DNA of 64,000 nt from Mobula hypostoma (taxonomy: Eukaryota): NCBI RefSeq assembly GCF_963921235.1, contig NC_086097.1, positions 114,640,001 to 114,704,000 of the forward strand, given 5' to 3'. Numbering within the stretch: position 1 is the stretch's first letter; each line of letters begins with the position of its first letter. Position numbers and translations under genes: made by a program. Of this stretch, positions 1-12,700 are shown in pieces. A model generated the notes under the pieces. It did no database searches. It was given only the letters and a program-made list of their open reading frames with translations, and was not told the DNA's origin.

Positions 1-316
1 TTATGAATTCATTGAAAATAGGTGATCCTCCTACATCAACAAATTGGGTGAGTTGATAAGGTAATGTATAGAATTGCACCTGTGGATAGTTAGCATAGCA
101 ATTACAAACGGGGTGAATACTTTTCCAGCCTCGCAATTTTGGATTTTTAATTTTTAGTGAATTGTTTTGGAATTTTTCTTTTAATTTGACATGATACACA
201 ATGTTTGTCGATTAGCTCAAAATCCCATTTTAATATATTTTGCATTTAGAAAACGAAACAGTGAAATGTGAAAATAGTTGTGGGGCTGAATACATTTTAT
301 AGTTGTGGGTACTATA
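1..316. mobile_element. end of a degraded Tc1-type DNA element
   Basis: Repeated ggggtgaatactttt / ggggctgaatacatttt motif about 170 bp apart, like a Tc1 IR/DR end. Confidence 0.5.
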
Positions 317-347
317 TACACAGAACAGCAGTGTGATAATGACAAGT

Positions 348-1145
348 TAATACTTTATACTTTATTGTCACCAAATAATTGGTACTAGAACATACAATCA
401 TCACAGTGATATTTGATTCTGCGCTTCACACTCCCTGGATTACAATTATTAAATATTAAAAATATTAAAAAGTTAAAATTAGTAAATATTAATTTAAATT
501 ATAAATCATAAATAGAAAATAGAAAAATGGGAAGTAAGGTAGTGCAAAAAAAAACCGAGAGGCAGGTCTGGATATTTGGAGGGTACGGCCCAGATCCGGG
601 TCAGTATCCGTTCAGCAGTCTTATCACAGTCGGAAAGAAGCTTTTCCCAAATCTGGCCGTACGAGTCTTCAAGCTCCTGATCCTTCTCCCTGAGGGATGA
701 GGGATGAAAAGTCTGCTGGCTGGGTGGGTTGTGTCCTTGATTATCCTGGCAGCACTGCTCTGACAGCGTGCGGTGTAAAGTGAGTCCACAGACGGAAGAT
801 TGGTTTGTGTGATGTGCTGCGCCGTGTTCATGATCTTCTGCAGCTTCTTTTGGTCTTGGACAGGACAACTTCCATACCAGGTTGTGATGCACCCTAGAAG
901 AATGCTTTCTATGGTGCATCTATAAAAATTAGTGAGGGTTTTAGGGGACAGGCCAAATTTCTTTAGTTTTCTCAGGAAGTAAAGGCGCTGGTGGGCCTTC
1001 TTGGCAGTGAACTCTGCTTGCTTGGACCAAGTCAGGTCATTTGTGATATTGACCCCAAGGAACTTAAAGCTTTTGACCTGTTCCACTTGCGCACCACTGA
1101 TGTAAGTTGGGTCGTGTGGTCCACTACTCCTTCTGAAGCCAACAA
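348..1145 (-). mobile_element. 5'-truncated Rex1/Babar-like LINE
   Basis: ORF 601-1086 FKFLGVNITNDLTW...KKAHQRLYFLRKLKK...[10 protein letters not shown] is the ORF2 C-terminus; 3' tail caataaagtataaagta on the - strand. Confidence 0.85.
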
Positions 1146-2589
1146 TATTGCTTGGGGTTTAGTGAAGTTTATGAATAGTGCCTAGAACACTGGGAAACAC
1201 CCTGATTTTTCTTCAAAACATCCCCATGAAAGGGCAGAAGGTCGTTGATTTAAAGTACAGCAGAAGCTCCTCCATGCCTGCCTCCATTAGCCTCGATTTT
1301 CCATTAAGCTTTTTTTGCAACTTGGGATTTTCAAACTGGATTATTTTGCTATGAGTTATTATATTTATCATTCTGTTTGGTATTAGATATTTCATTAAGA
1401 TATTGTGGGTAATTTTGAATAAACAGGAATTTTTGCTATGCTGATCAGAATTATTTTGCTGTTATCATAAATGGTAGAAAAAAAACACTTCAAACTAATA
1501 TAGTTGTTACCCCAATAATATAACCACATACTTTATGCACATGGTTTGTCAAATAAAATATACGCCCTGCAGTTTGCCTTAAGAATGTTTCTTGAGTGTA
1601 AGCTGTGGGATCTAGCAAGATTCTGGCAGCAGTGATCTGACACTGCTTATTAAAAATCTTGGAAAGTAGATCTGTTCATATGACCTGTGTACTATGCTGC
1701 TTTGCCTTTAGGAGGACCATTGTGGCAGCGGAGAGTTCTAACCGTTTACAGGCATTGTTTGTGCCTCAGCTTAGCGAGTGCATCACCGTTCAAGTTTGAA
1801 AAAGGAACATTTATTTCTTCAGAAGTATTTTTGTATTAATGAGTGGTTTGGTAGATTGATCAAATTTATAGTGCAGAGCTTATTGTTTTTTTAGATCTCA
1901 GTGGAAAAATTAAAGGAAGTCTAGCAATTTGAATAAAGAAAGGAAGCAAATTCTGCTATTTGCATGTAGTTATTCACGGTTTAATGAGCTTGATATTGGG
2001 CTCCTCTAGACAGCCCACTGAAGAAACCAGTTTGAAGTGAAAACTAGTGTGATTGGGAGCTCCCTGATCTCCTTAAATCATTAAGGTATAATGTTTTACA
2101 GTAAATGTTATTCAGTCAAAATACTACATTTCTCTCTATTTAAACCCACTTTAATTAGCTGCCATGAGATTCTGTATTTTCACCCAAATAGAAGAATTTT
2201 CATCTGAAATGAAGTGCTTTCAACAATCTTGTGCTATGTTATATTGAAGACATATTGCATTGCTCTAATCAGGTGGGATTTAAACTCAAAATCAAACCTG
2301 ATTGATAGATTGTAAATATTAAATCAGCTTAATTGGATTTTGGCCATTATTATTATTCAATTAACAAAATAAAAGCAACAGACCAAGTTAAGTGGATGGT
2401 TATGTCATATTCATAAGTTTGTGTTTTACTGATTTTATAGCACAGGACTCCAAAAGTAACTTAATTGGACAATCCCTTAGTAATTACAGTACCTTATAAA
2501 TATGACTTTATTCTTCAATTAATTTATTGTATGAATATAAATTCTATTAATTAGTCTGCTTACGTAAATATATGCCCTTAAATTTACTT

Positions 2590-2850
2590 TGAATTAAATA
2601 TCAAAGTGCGTAAGTGTCACCATATGCTACCCTGAGATTCATTTTCTTGCGGGCATTTGCAGTAAATACGAAGAAACACAATAGAATCAATGAAAAAGTG
2701 CACGCAAGATGGACAAACATCCAATGTGCAAAAGTTAGCAAACTGTACAAATACAAAAAGAAAGAAATACCAAAATAAATAAATAAGCAAGAAGAAAAAA
2801 CAAGAACATAAGATGAAGAGTCATTGAAAGTGAGTGCATAGGTTTTGGGA
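2590..2850 (-). mobile_element. Rex1-like LINE 3' UTR fragment; related copies at about 17650-17865, 19883-20100, 27457-27845, 28267-28830 and 57150-57350
   Basis: Shared tcaaagta...tgtcaccatatacaaccctgagatt motif. The 27457 copy runs into the antisense [18 protein letters not shown] end of ORF2. Confidence 0.7.
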
Positions 2851-3216
2851 ATAATAAAACACTATTTACTTATTTATTTTGGTTACCTAATGGGATAAAA
2901 TTGTGCAAATATTGCAGGAACCTTGTGTAATTGGCCTTAAAAATATGTTTGAAGCATCTTTCCAATGTGAATTGCTGTGAATGTTTTATTTTAGAATGAA
3001 TATCCATTAAGTGGTACTTTTGTACTGTACATGTCTGAGAACACATTTTAAAATTGCAGAATATCTCCTTTTATCAAAGCAAATGAGAGCTTTTGTTTCA
3101 TTGTCTTTTTTTTTTGACTGTGTAGTATATTTTCAGGTCCAGTAAATGAGCCAGCTAAAATGGTATTAAATACTGCTTTTCAAGCTGCAACATAACAATC
3201 TGAATATTCTTTCTAG

Positions 3217-3321
3217 CTTACCATGGGAAGTTCTACTGCACATCTTTACATACCTGGACGTTTCTTCCTTGTTATGTGCAGGCTGCGTCAACAGGACTTT
3301 TTACAATGTGTCAAATGACAA
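3217..3321 (+). CDS. FBXO15: fbxo15 exon encoding the F-box
   Basis: ttctag|C...AA|gtaagt; [34 protein letters not shown] fits the F-box consensus; not in the ORF track. Confidence 0.92.
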
Positions 3322-6300
3322 GTAAGTAGCATATTTTCCTGCTTATTGTTGGGTATTGTTCAACATGATTGCGGCAATCTCCTAGGAGTCAATCTTTTCT
3401 TATGCAATCCAGAATAGCAAATGGAATATTATAACAAGACAGTAGAATACTGTATTTCTGTGATTTGTCATAAATGACTTGCTCCTGATTTGAAGTGGAA
3501 ACTGCCCCACTAGGCCCATTGTTTCTACCTGCTCCTGCTCTACCAAGCCTGTCTCAACTCCCATTGGTTCAGTTCTTTCCCACTAACATTTGTTTTGCTT
3601 TGAATGCTCTCTACCACTTGAACAGCTTGCAGTTCCCTTACCCCAACTACCTCATTTTCACCATAGATATCCAGTCTGTACACATGTCCCCCCAAAAGGA
3701 AGGGCTCTCCATTTTCTTCTGGATAGCAGACCCAAGCAGTTTAAGATTCAAGGTGGTTTATTGTCATTCTTCAGTGCACAAGTGTGAAGAACAAAATGAT
3801 TGTGCTACTTGCTGCAATATTTAAAAAAAACACAAAACTATAAATACATACGAGAGGTAATTGATAAGTTTGTGGCCTAAGGTAGAAGGAGTCAATTTTA
3901 GAAAGTCTAACACATTTATTTTTCCTACATTTACACACTTAGTGTAGGAGTCGGCGTCTTGGACCTCCAGAAGTGGTCCACAGCAGGGGTGATTGATAAG
4001 GAGATGTCAGTAACTTCAGACTTTCTGCATCTTCACTCAAAGTTGAACTGCACGTGCATGTAATGACAGCTGTATAACTCATCTCCTTCTACCTTGGGCC
4101 ACAAACTTATCTGAGGTCCAAGACACTCTCGTTACATGCACGTGCAGTTCAACTGTTTGAGTGATAATGCAGAAAGTTTGAAGTTAATAACTCATCTCCT
4201 TCTACCCAAGGCCACGAACTTATCAATCACCTTTGCTGTAGACCACTTCTACAAAGAAGGGATCTGTATGCTCCACGACCACTGGACTAAGTTTGTACAT
4301 GTAGGAGAGGACTATGTTGAAAAATAAATGTGCTAGGTTTTCTAAAATTGACTCCTTCTACCTTAGGCCACAAACTTATCAATCACCCGTCGTAAGTTTA
4401 GCTTATATACAATGACTTTGTATGTACATAAAGTATGCCATCCTTCTTCGTGTGGCACAACTGTGGCTTAGCCTCAACAACTTTTCATTCAGCTTCTCCC
4501 ATTTTCTGCAGACGGTGGGCACTTGCACGGGCCCCTGTACTGTCTGTCTTTTCATTGGCTTTGTGGAGCTATCCATGTTACAAAGCTCCCCAACTCTTTC
4601 TGCACTACATTGATGACTTTGTTGAAGCCATTTCCTGCACCCGTACTAAGCTCATCAATTTCATCAACTTTGCCACTTGCTTTTACCGTGCCCTCAAACT
4701 CACTAGGCCCACTTCTGATATCTCTATCCCCTTGCTTGATCTCTCTATCTGCATCCCAGGAGGCAGATTATCCTCTAACATCTTCTATAAATTCACTGAC
4801 TCCCACATTTACTTAGACTATACCTCTTCCCACTCTGTCACTTGCAATCAAGCAGTTTTCTTTTCTCATTTCCTCTGTCTCCACTACATTTATTCTCATG
4901 GTGACACTTTCTAATCCAGGGAATCCTCCCTTTTCAGAAAACAGGCTCTTTACCCTCCCCCTCCCCCCCCCCACTGCTATCATTGGAGCCCTCACCCTCA
5001 CCACATCTCTTATTACCCATATGTTTACCCTTGGCCAACCAGTCCACCCCCCCCCCCCCCAAGGCATAACAAGGTGCCCAAGTTCTCACCTACCACTGCA
5101 CAAACCTATCATTCTCCACAACTTCTGCCATCTCCAGTGGGATCCTACCAGCAGGCACATCATTCCCTCTTTCCTTTCTGCTTTCTGCAGAGATAGTTCT
5201 CTGTGTCACTCTTGTCCGTTCATCCCTTCGCTTCAATTTCCTCCTCTAGACAGTTATCCCCTGCAATAGCACCTTCTCCCTCACCACCACTCAGGGCACT
5301 AAACTCTCCTTCTAGGTGAGGCAGTACTTCATTTGTGAATCCTTTGGTGTCCTTTATTGCATCAGATTAGGGTTATGTGTGGCCACTTCTGCATCGCTAA
5401 GATCCGGCACAGATTTGGGGGTTGCTTCATCGAGCTCGTTTGTTCTGTCTGCCTTACCAGCTACAATTTCCCAGTGGCCAGAGATTTTAATTCCACTTCC
5501 CATTCCCATTCTGACTTGTCTTTTCACACCCTCCTCTATGGTCAGGTTGAGGGTGGATGCAGATTAGAGGAACAGCACCTTGTATTCCATTCTGGTAGTC
5601 TCCAATCTGATTATGTGAGCTTAGATTTCTCTGTCTTTTGGTATCACTCTCCTCTGTGCCTTTTTGTTCCCCTTATCCCACTGGCCCCTGTCACCTCACC
5701 TCTTTCCCAACTCCCTACCTGCTCAATCTTCTTACCATCGACATATTCCTCCCTCTTCACCTTCCCTTTATTCTTTTGCTTACTGTCCTTTCCTATCAGA
5801 TTGCATCTTCTTCAGCCCTTTGTCACTTTCATCTATCATCTCTCAGCTTCTGACATCCTTCCCACTCTTACCCCCTTGCCACCTGCCTACCAGCCCCCTC
5901 ACCTAAATCCATCTATCACCTGCCGACTGTTGCTCTACCCCTTACCTCACCTTTATATATTGGCTAACTCCCCTCTGTACCACCTTGATGATGGCTTTTG
6001 ACCTAAAATGTTGACTGTTCATTTCCCTCCATAAATGCTGCCTGATCTGCTGAGTTTCTCCAATTTTGTGTGTTGCTATATGTTTTATTATCTCTGTACA
6101 AACTGTTGCTGTTACTTTGTTTCTGAAATGGCACAAACTGGCATTTATGACGCCTGGTATTTGAACTGAAGTTGTCTCAGCTATTGGAAAATAAATAGAC
6201 TAAATTGCTTTCAAAATAACCATGGGCAAGTTCAGCAAAATGTTTCAAATGTTCAAATGTGATTATTGTATAATTTAATTCTATGATTAGTTGGTATTTT

Positions 6301-9300
6301 CTACATTTTAAAACTGTTGGTTTTGTAAGTAATTTTGGGTAATAATTAGCTTATCAGTTGCTTATCAGTTTAAAATTTTCCATGCTGAAATTATTTTATC
6401 ATTTCTGATGGTAATATAGAACAATCTGTTTTTAAAATATTGTATTTACTGCATTTTTTCCCCAGTTCAATGTGGTGCAGAATCTACAGCAGTTATTTTG
6501 CTTACAGAAGCAAGGTTTGGAAACCCAAGGCTGTACATGCAACCATGGAGAAGCTGAGTAGGATTTCTATACAGGACAGTCCACCAAGATTCTGGAAGAA
6601 AGAATTTATACGTAGATGTTCCGGTTCTGGCACAAGAGGAGTGGGGCTGTTGTTGAAACCCATTAACCGTTACACGGGATTGCCATCAAAGATCAGAGAA
6701 GCAGTAAAGTAAGAAAGAGTATTCAATAACCATTTCATATACTAGGATAAGTAGCAATAATTATCTTGGGTCGTTATTTTACAAACAATTGAACATTTAT
6801 TAATGTTAGAAAAGTGGATTCTGAAACTTCAATAATAGATGTCATAGATTTTTTTTGAATAAAAGGTGAATGTAGGAAGTTTGTTTTTGTTTCCTTCTGG
6901 GAAGACATTCAACTGGCTTTGTAGAAAAAAATTTGAAGTAAAGTTCACTAGTGCATCCCTGTATTTCCTTACGTTATAGACAGAATGGGATCCTTCTGTG
7001 CCAGCACACAGGATTCCCATTCTCTTGCTAATTTCCTGGAAACATATTCTTCTCCCTATTCTCATCAATTCTAGTACCATCTACATTAGACAATGTGCAG
7101 TGGACAATTAATTGACCAACTCTCTTGTGTTTGGAATGTGGGAGGAAAGCCACATACGCCAGGGAAACTCACAGTCATGGATCAATGTGGACTGCCCGTG
7201 GATAATAGTGAGATCGTAATCAAACCCAGGGCTCTGGGGTTGTGATTTAGGAGCTGTACTAGCTTGATTCTCATTGGTGTGCCAAAATAAAACGTAGTGT
7301 GAAGGTATTATTGAACAGAATTTGTGGAATTGTTGGGTTTTGACATGTAAAAAACACAAAGTAACTTTTGCTTGGCTTTATTTCCCCTTCTCTCTTTCTA
7401 CACGAGTCTGAAATTAATAAAATATCAGCAAGAGGATTTAATCTCAGTATACGTGGTTATCCTTGACAAACAAAAAAAGACACAGGAAATTCTGGAGGTG
7501 GTCAGAAAGTAGGGCAGCATCTATGGACAGAGACAGATGAGTGAGAAATGAAAGGAGTTTTTAGATTTAAATTTGTTATGAGTTCATCCAAAGTTACAGT
7601 GAAATACTTCCTTTGTATTAACAACCAACACACCCAAGGATGTGCTGGGAGCAGCTTGCAAATATCACTACGCATTCTGACACCGATACAGTATGCCCCC
7701 AATGAACCACATAGAACATAACAAAACAAGCAAAACAACCTCCTTTTCTCCCTCACATCCACCCACATGGACAGTCCTCCAACTCTAGGGCAGGCCTGCA
7801 GCCTACTGTTTCCAGGCTTCAGCCATCAGTCTTCAACTGGATTTCCAAATTCCAGGCACCCTGGCTGACTAGCCCTCATGCTATTTGCTCGCGATACTCC
7901 CAATTGCGGTCTGACTCCTGCCTACAAAGCCCCAGCGTTCCATACAGGCTCTTGTATTCTCGTCCTCTTGAAATAAATGCTAACATTGCATTTGCTTGCC
8001 TTCCTTCTTTTTAGGTAGTCACATCGTTGTTAATAATGACCCCCACAACTGTTGTCCTATGCCAATATGACAAAATTAAAATGTGATTCCAATTTTTTCT
8101 TGCTCTCTTTTGGTGAACTGTTAAGGAGTCCAAGGAAAGTTTTGTGGTTAATGCTACATTTTTGAGAAATATACATTGAGGAAAATGCAGTGCCCAGTAT
8201 GAAGACCAGTGACCAGTGCTGCTTAGGGGATTGGTCTTGGGAGATGAGGGTTAGTTTCTACTTGTAAGCTGACAGTAATATCCTCCCCAATCATAACTGT
8301 TGAGCGCACAAAAGCAATGAAAATACAGTTTTCGGCTGACAGAGAAAAAGAATGTTTGAAGATCTTGGCCTGAAATTCTGAACAATAGCTGCAGAATCCC
8401 TCATCTCTTACATGTTTATATCTTGGAAGGCCTATGGTAGGTTCTTCAGACCACTGGAAAGATGCCACCAATCCTGTCTTCATACAATCTTTCAAATCTA
8501 CAGAAAGGATAAGCAAATACCATCAGCAATCTCTTGCCGTCCAGCAACCTCGGCACCTTCACCCGAATTACCGTAAGCTCTGTCATTAGTATGGCTGATA
8601 CAAATCCTCAAAACTGACACTCTGTCCAAGCTGTGTTGCAGGAAGAGGTTACTGAGTTGAAGAAGAGATTAAAAGGTGTTTTCAAAGCCACCTTGAGGGG
8701 AAAAAAATAGCAACTTTCTCTCAAAGTCCTTGGAAGCTCTGAGATGGCACTGAGAATTTTAATGTGTGTTCAGCGTACCTGGGAGCCCAGTGTAAAATAC
8801 AGAGGTAGTGCCCCACTTCACAAACTACTCACCTGTCCATCCCATCACGCTTGGCCTTTGTATATGCATCTGCAGGTCTCACATTGGCCTTGTCAGTCAC
8901 CCTGAATCCATAGATTCGAGTGGAAGCAAGTTGATGAAAGTACCAAGACAATTATGGAAAACACTATCATTCATTGATTTTGTTGCCTGCATCAGTCTGG
9001 GCTGTCACGTGCACGTCACATGCTGCATGGCACAAAATCATAGAAAAGTACATCACAGAAACAGGCCCTTTGGCCCCTCTAGTCTGTGCCGAACCATTTA
9101 CACTGCTTACTCCCTTTCACCTGCACCGGGACTATAGCCTTCCATACCCCTAACATCCTACAATCGTCCAATACAGTATGTGTTGCAAGAGGAAGATCAG
9201 CAAGGAAACCTAGAAACTGAGGGCCGTGAGGCAAAACCTGAAGTAGATCAGATGAAATCAAAATGGCTTATTTTCTGGCTACAAGTAAGAGAGAGACTAT

Positions 9301-9731
9301 GTTAGTACTGATCTTAAAGAGACTCCCTTAAAGGAAGACTGTTGCCTTAAATTCGGATGAAATAATGATTTTTAGTACTAGCTAAGTACGATTCTCTTGT
9401 TACTGTGGATGTAGGATGGTAGTAATCAAACAGAGATGCATCATCCCTGATGATATATACATTTCTTGCATTCAGGCTTGCAGGTTTATCTACACTAATT
9501 ATAACAAGTGAATCCCTAATTATTTCAAAGATTTCCTGTACAGTAATATCTCAGTATTTACTAATCCTGGCTTCAGGGTCCCTGACATTTGTACGCAGTA
9601 CATTTTTCTGTGGGGCTTTCCATTATGCAAGCGTGGTGGTGATGTGCAGGTCAGCTTGATATATTTTGTGAGGAAGTTAAATTTGTCACCGCAGAGACAC
9701 TTTTTGCAAGATGAGAGAGAGAGAGAGATAG

Positions 9732-9771
<40 letters not shown>

Positions 9772-12700
9772 TATAGTCACTTCCTGCGTAGGTTCCCATG
9801 TATGTGATAGGCGTGACAGAATCTTCCAGGCCATGTGGTGTACAGGACTTCCTTTCAAATGTTTCAACGGTACATTTAATGTCAGAGAAATGTATACAAT
9901 ATAAACCTGAAATGCTTTTTCTTCGCAGCCATCCACAAGATCAGCGGAGTGGCCCCAAAGAATGGATGACAGTTAAATGTTAGAACCCCAAAGTCCTCCC
10001 CAGCTCCCCTCCCTCCCGCACATGAGTGGCAGCAAGCAACAACTTCCCCCTCCCTCCACCAGCAAAAAAAATGCATTGGCATCCGCCACCGAGCACTCAA
10101 GTGTGAGCAAAGCAACAGCAAAGACTCAGACTTGCAGTACCCCAAAGACCACTAGTTCACCCAATATTTGACAAACCACAGGCTCTCTCTCTCTCCCTAA
10201 TAAGGGAGAAGGAGGTGTCTCCATTTCATAGCGAGAGGGGAGACATAACAAACAACTCATTGGTTACGGTGTTAAAAGTCCGTTGCGTCACTTTTTCCGA
10301 GCTCTGTGCCCAACCATCTCTGATCTCTGGGCACACATCTTCCATCTCCGACACTGATCTCCTGCCCGGACACCGACCTCCGATTCTCTCCCCCCCCCCC
10401 CGCCCAGTCTCCAGAGTCATGAAATCTCAGTCCTCCAAACGTGAGCGGAGCTCTTAGGCTGAGCCCTTGGCGGGCTGAATAACGGCCATTCGTGAAACCC
10501 TAAGAGCGGGTTCCATTTCCACAAAAAACCATAGTCAGCGTGTAACTCCAGGTCAGGGTCTTCAAAGGAACCCTGAAAGGGGAATATAGAGATATTAAAA
10601 ATGGAAATATATCTCATTATATATTTCTGGCATATATCTCATTACAGCTGGGTATGTGCCCTTGTGTGAGTGTAGGATTAGCGTTGCTTTTCCTGCAGCT
10701 TCTGTCTCTTTCATGGAAGCCAATTGATCACCACTGGGTGGGGAGTATGCCTGTCCCTACCTATTACACTGCAAAATTGGGAGATATTTTAAATCTGTGT
10801 CTAGTTTAGCACTTATTTCTGATTGTGAACCAATCTTGTTTCAGAGTTATTCTTTGACAATTTCACTATTAAGTGCTAGAGCTAGACCCAACTATATTTA
10901 ATGTTCATTTGTTCAGTGAATAATTGCAAAGAACTTGAATTGCAGTTACATGCTAAGTAATTAAAGGAGCTCTAATGCCTTGAAATTTGGATATAATATC
11001 AACTGGCCGGCCAAATATAATTGGAGACACAGAAGACTGTCGATGCTATCGACTGGTGACACAAGGGTTTTCAGATCCAGAAATGATTAGCCTTAGCAGA
11101 TCAGAGTCCTTTGGTAGCAATGTGACTCTAATGCAGTTTTGAGATAGCAGTGGAAATGACGGTCAGGAGAATGCTAGGGGTTCTTGGGTGTGGAGTGGAG
11201 AAGAATGGGAAGTGCCTATTCCCTAGTTGGGAAGATGGGAAGGAAAGCCAGGTTGAGAGGCTGGGTGCACCAGGTTATCAAGAAGGCAAATGGAATGTTG
11301 GTCTTGATTGCGAGACAGATTGTATTTAGGAGCAGTGAGGTTATGCTGCAACTGTACAGGGTACCGGTGAGGCCGCATCGGGAGTACTGCATGCAGTTCT
11401 AGTCTCCTTAATTGAGGAGGGATATACTGGCTTTGGAGGCGGTGCATAGGAGGTTGATTCCAGAGATGGGGGGTTGGACTATGAGGAGAGGTTGAGTCGC
11501 CTGAGACTGTATGCACTGCAATTCAGAAGGATGAGGGGTGATCTTAAGGAAACATATAAAACTATGAATGACGTAGATAAGATAAAAGTAGGAAACTTGT
11601 TTTTACTGATTGGTGAGACTAGAACTAGGGGATATAAACTCAAGATTCGGGGAGTAGGTTTAGGACAGAGATGAGGAGGAACTGCTTTTCCCAGAGAGTG
11701 GTGAATCTGTGGAATTCTCTGCCCAATGAAGCAGTGGAGGCTACCTCAGAAAATGTGTTTAAGGCAAGGTTGGTTAGATTTTTGCACAGTATGGGGAATT
11801 AAGGGTTATGGGGAAAAGGCAGCAAGGTGGAGATGAATCCATGGTCAGACTAGCCATGATCTTAGTAAATGGCGGAGCAGGCTTGACGGGCCCCTATTTC
11901 TTATGTTAATTTGGGAACATCAGAATTCTCAGGACCGTTGGGATGGAAAGATTGGCAAAGGTCCTTGAGGATTCTGAGCATTGGAAGATTGAGAATAACA
12001 GGTGTAAATTATGACATGTTAGTGTAGTGTTTGGGCTAGCCAGTGGTGTAGTGACATCAGCACTAGACTTCAAGGTGGATGGTTCTGAGATTGAATCCGA
12101 CTGGGTCCCAATCTGGGCAGCAGCAGTATCTGTGCAGAAAAAGGCCTGACAATCCACTTCTGTATCTTGCCATGAAAACTGGACAACTACACCATCCATA
12201 GGGTCACCGTGTCTCGACAACGTCTCAACAAGAGTAACAGTATAGTGTTTAATGGGACAGAAGGATGGAAGCTAATGGGTTGCAATAATAAAATTTGATT
12301 ATGCCAAGGTTTTACAGTGATTGATTCCGGGACAGCCAAGTCTGTTTCCTCATAATGTTACTAAAGTGCTCATGTGTAATTAGCGTTGGTTTACCAAGAT
12401 ACAGTGGAAAACTTATCCTGCATACTGTTTATGCAGATTAACTTATTGTACAGTGCTTTGAGCTCGAATAATATAGAACAATGACCATAAGACCATAGAC
12501 CATAAGACAAAGGAGTAGAAGTCAGCCATTCGGCCCATCGAGTCTGCTCCGCCATTTTATCATGAGCTGATCCATTCTCCCATTTAGTCCCACTCCCCCA
12601 CCTTCTCACCATAACCTTTGATGCCCTGGCTACTCAGATACCTATCAATCTCTGCCTTAAATACACCCAATGACTTGGCCTCCACTGCTGCCTGTGGCAA

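Noticed and set aside
1713..1795. GC-richer segment after ctttag as a possible upstream fbxo15 exon
   Set aside because: No convincing phase-2 GT donor and no recognisable similarity
3137..3162. Possible micro-exon (tttcag|GTCCAG...ATG|gtatta) before the F-box exon
   Set aside because: The required phase contains a TAA stop and the intron would be only 54 nt
8200..9000. Non-repetitive-looking stretch with a - strand ttcag...cag|gtgagt candidate exon (about 8833-8901)
   Set aside because: Peptide not recognised and no partner exons found; could be a very old TE
9852..10612. Dense cluster of short ORFs on both strands
   Set aside because: GC-rich repeat resembling an antisense LINE 3' UTR, plus microsatellite translation; no protein motifs
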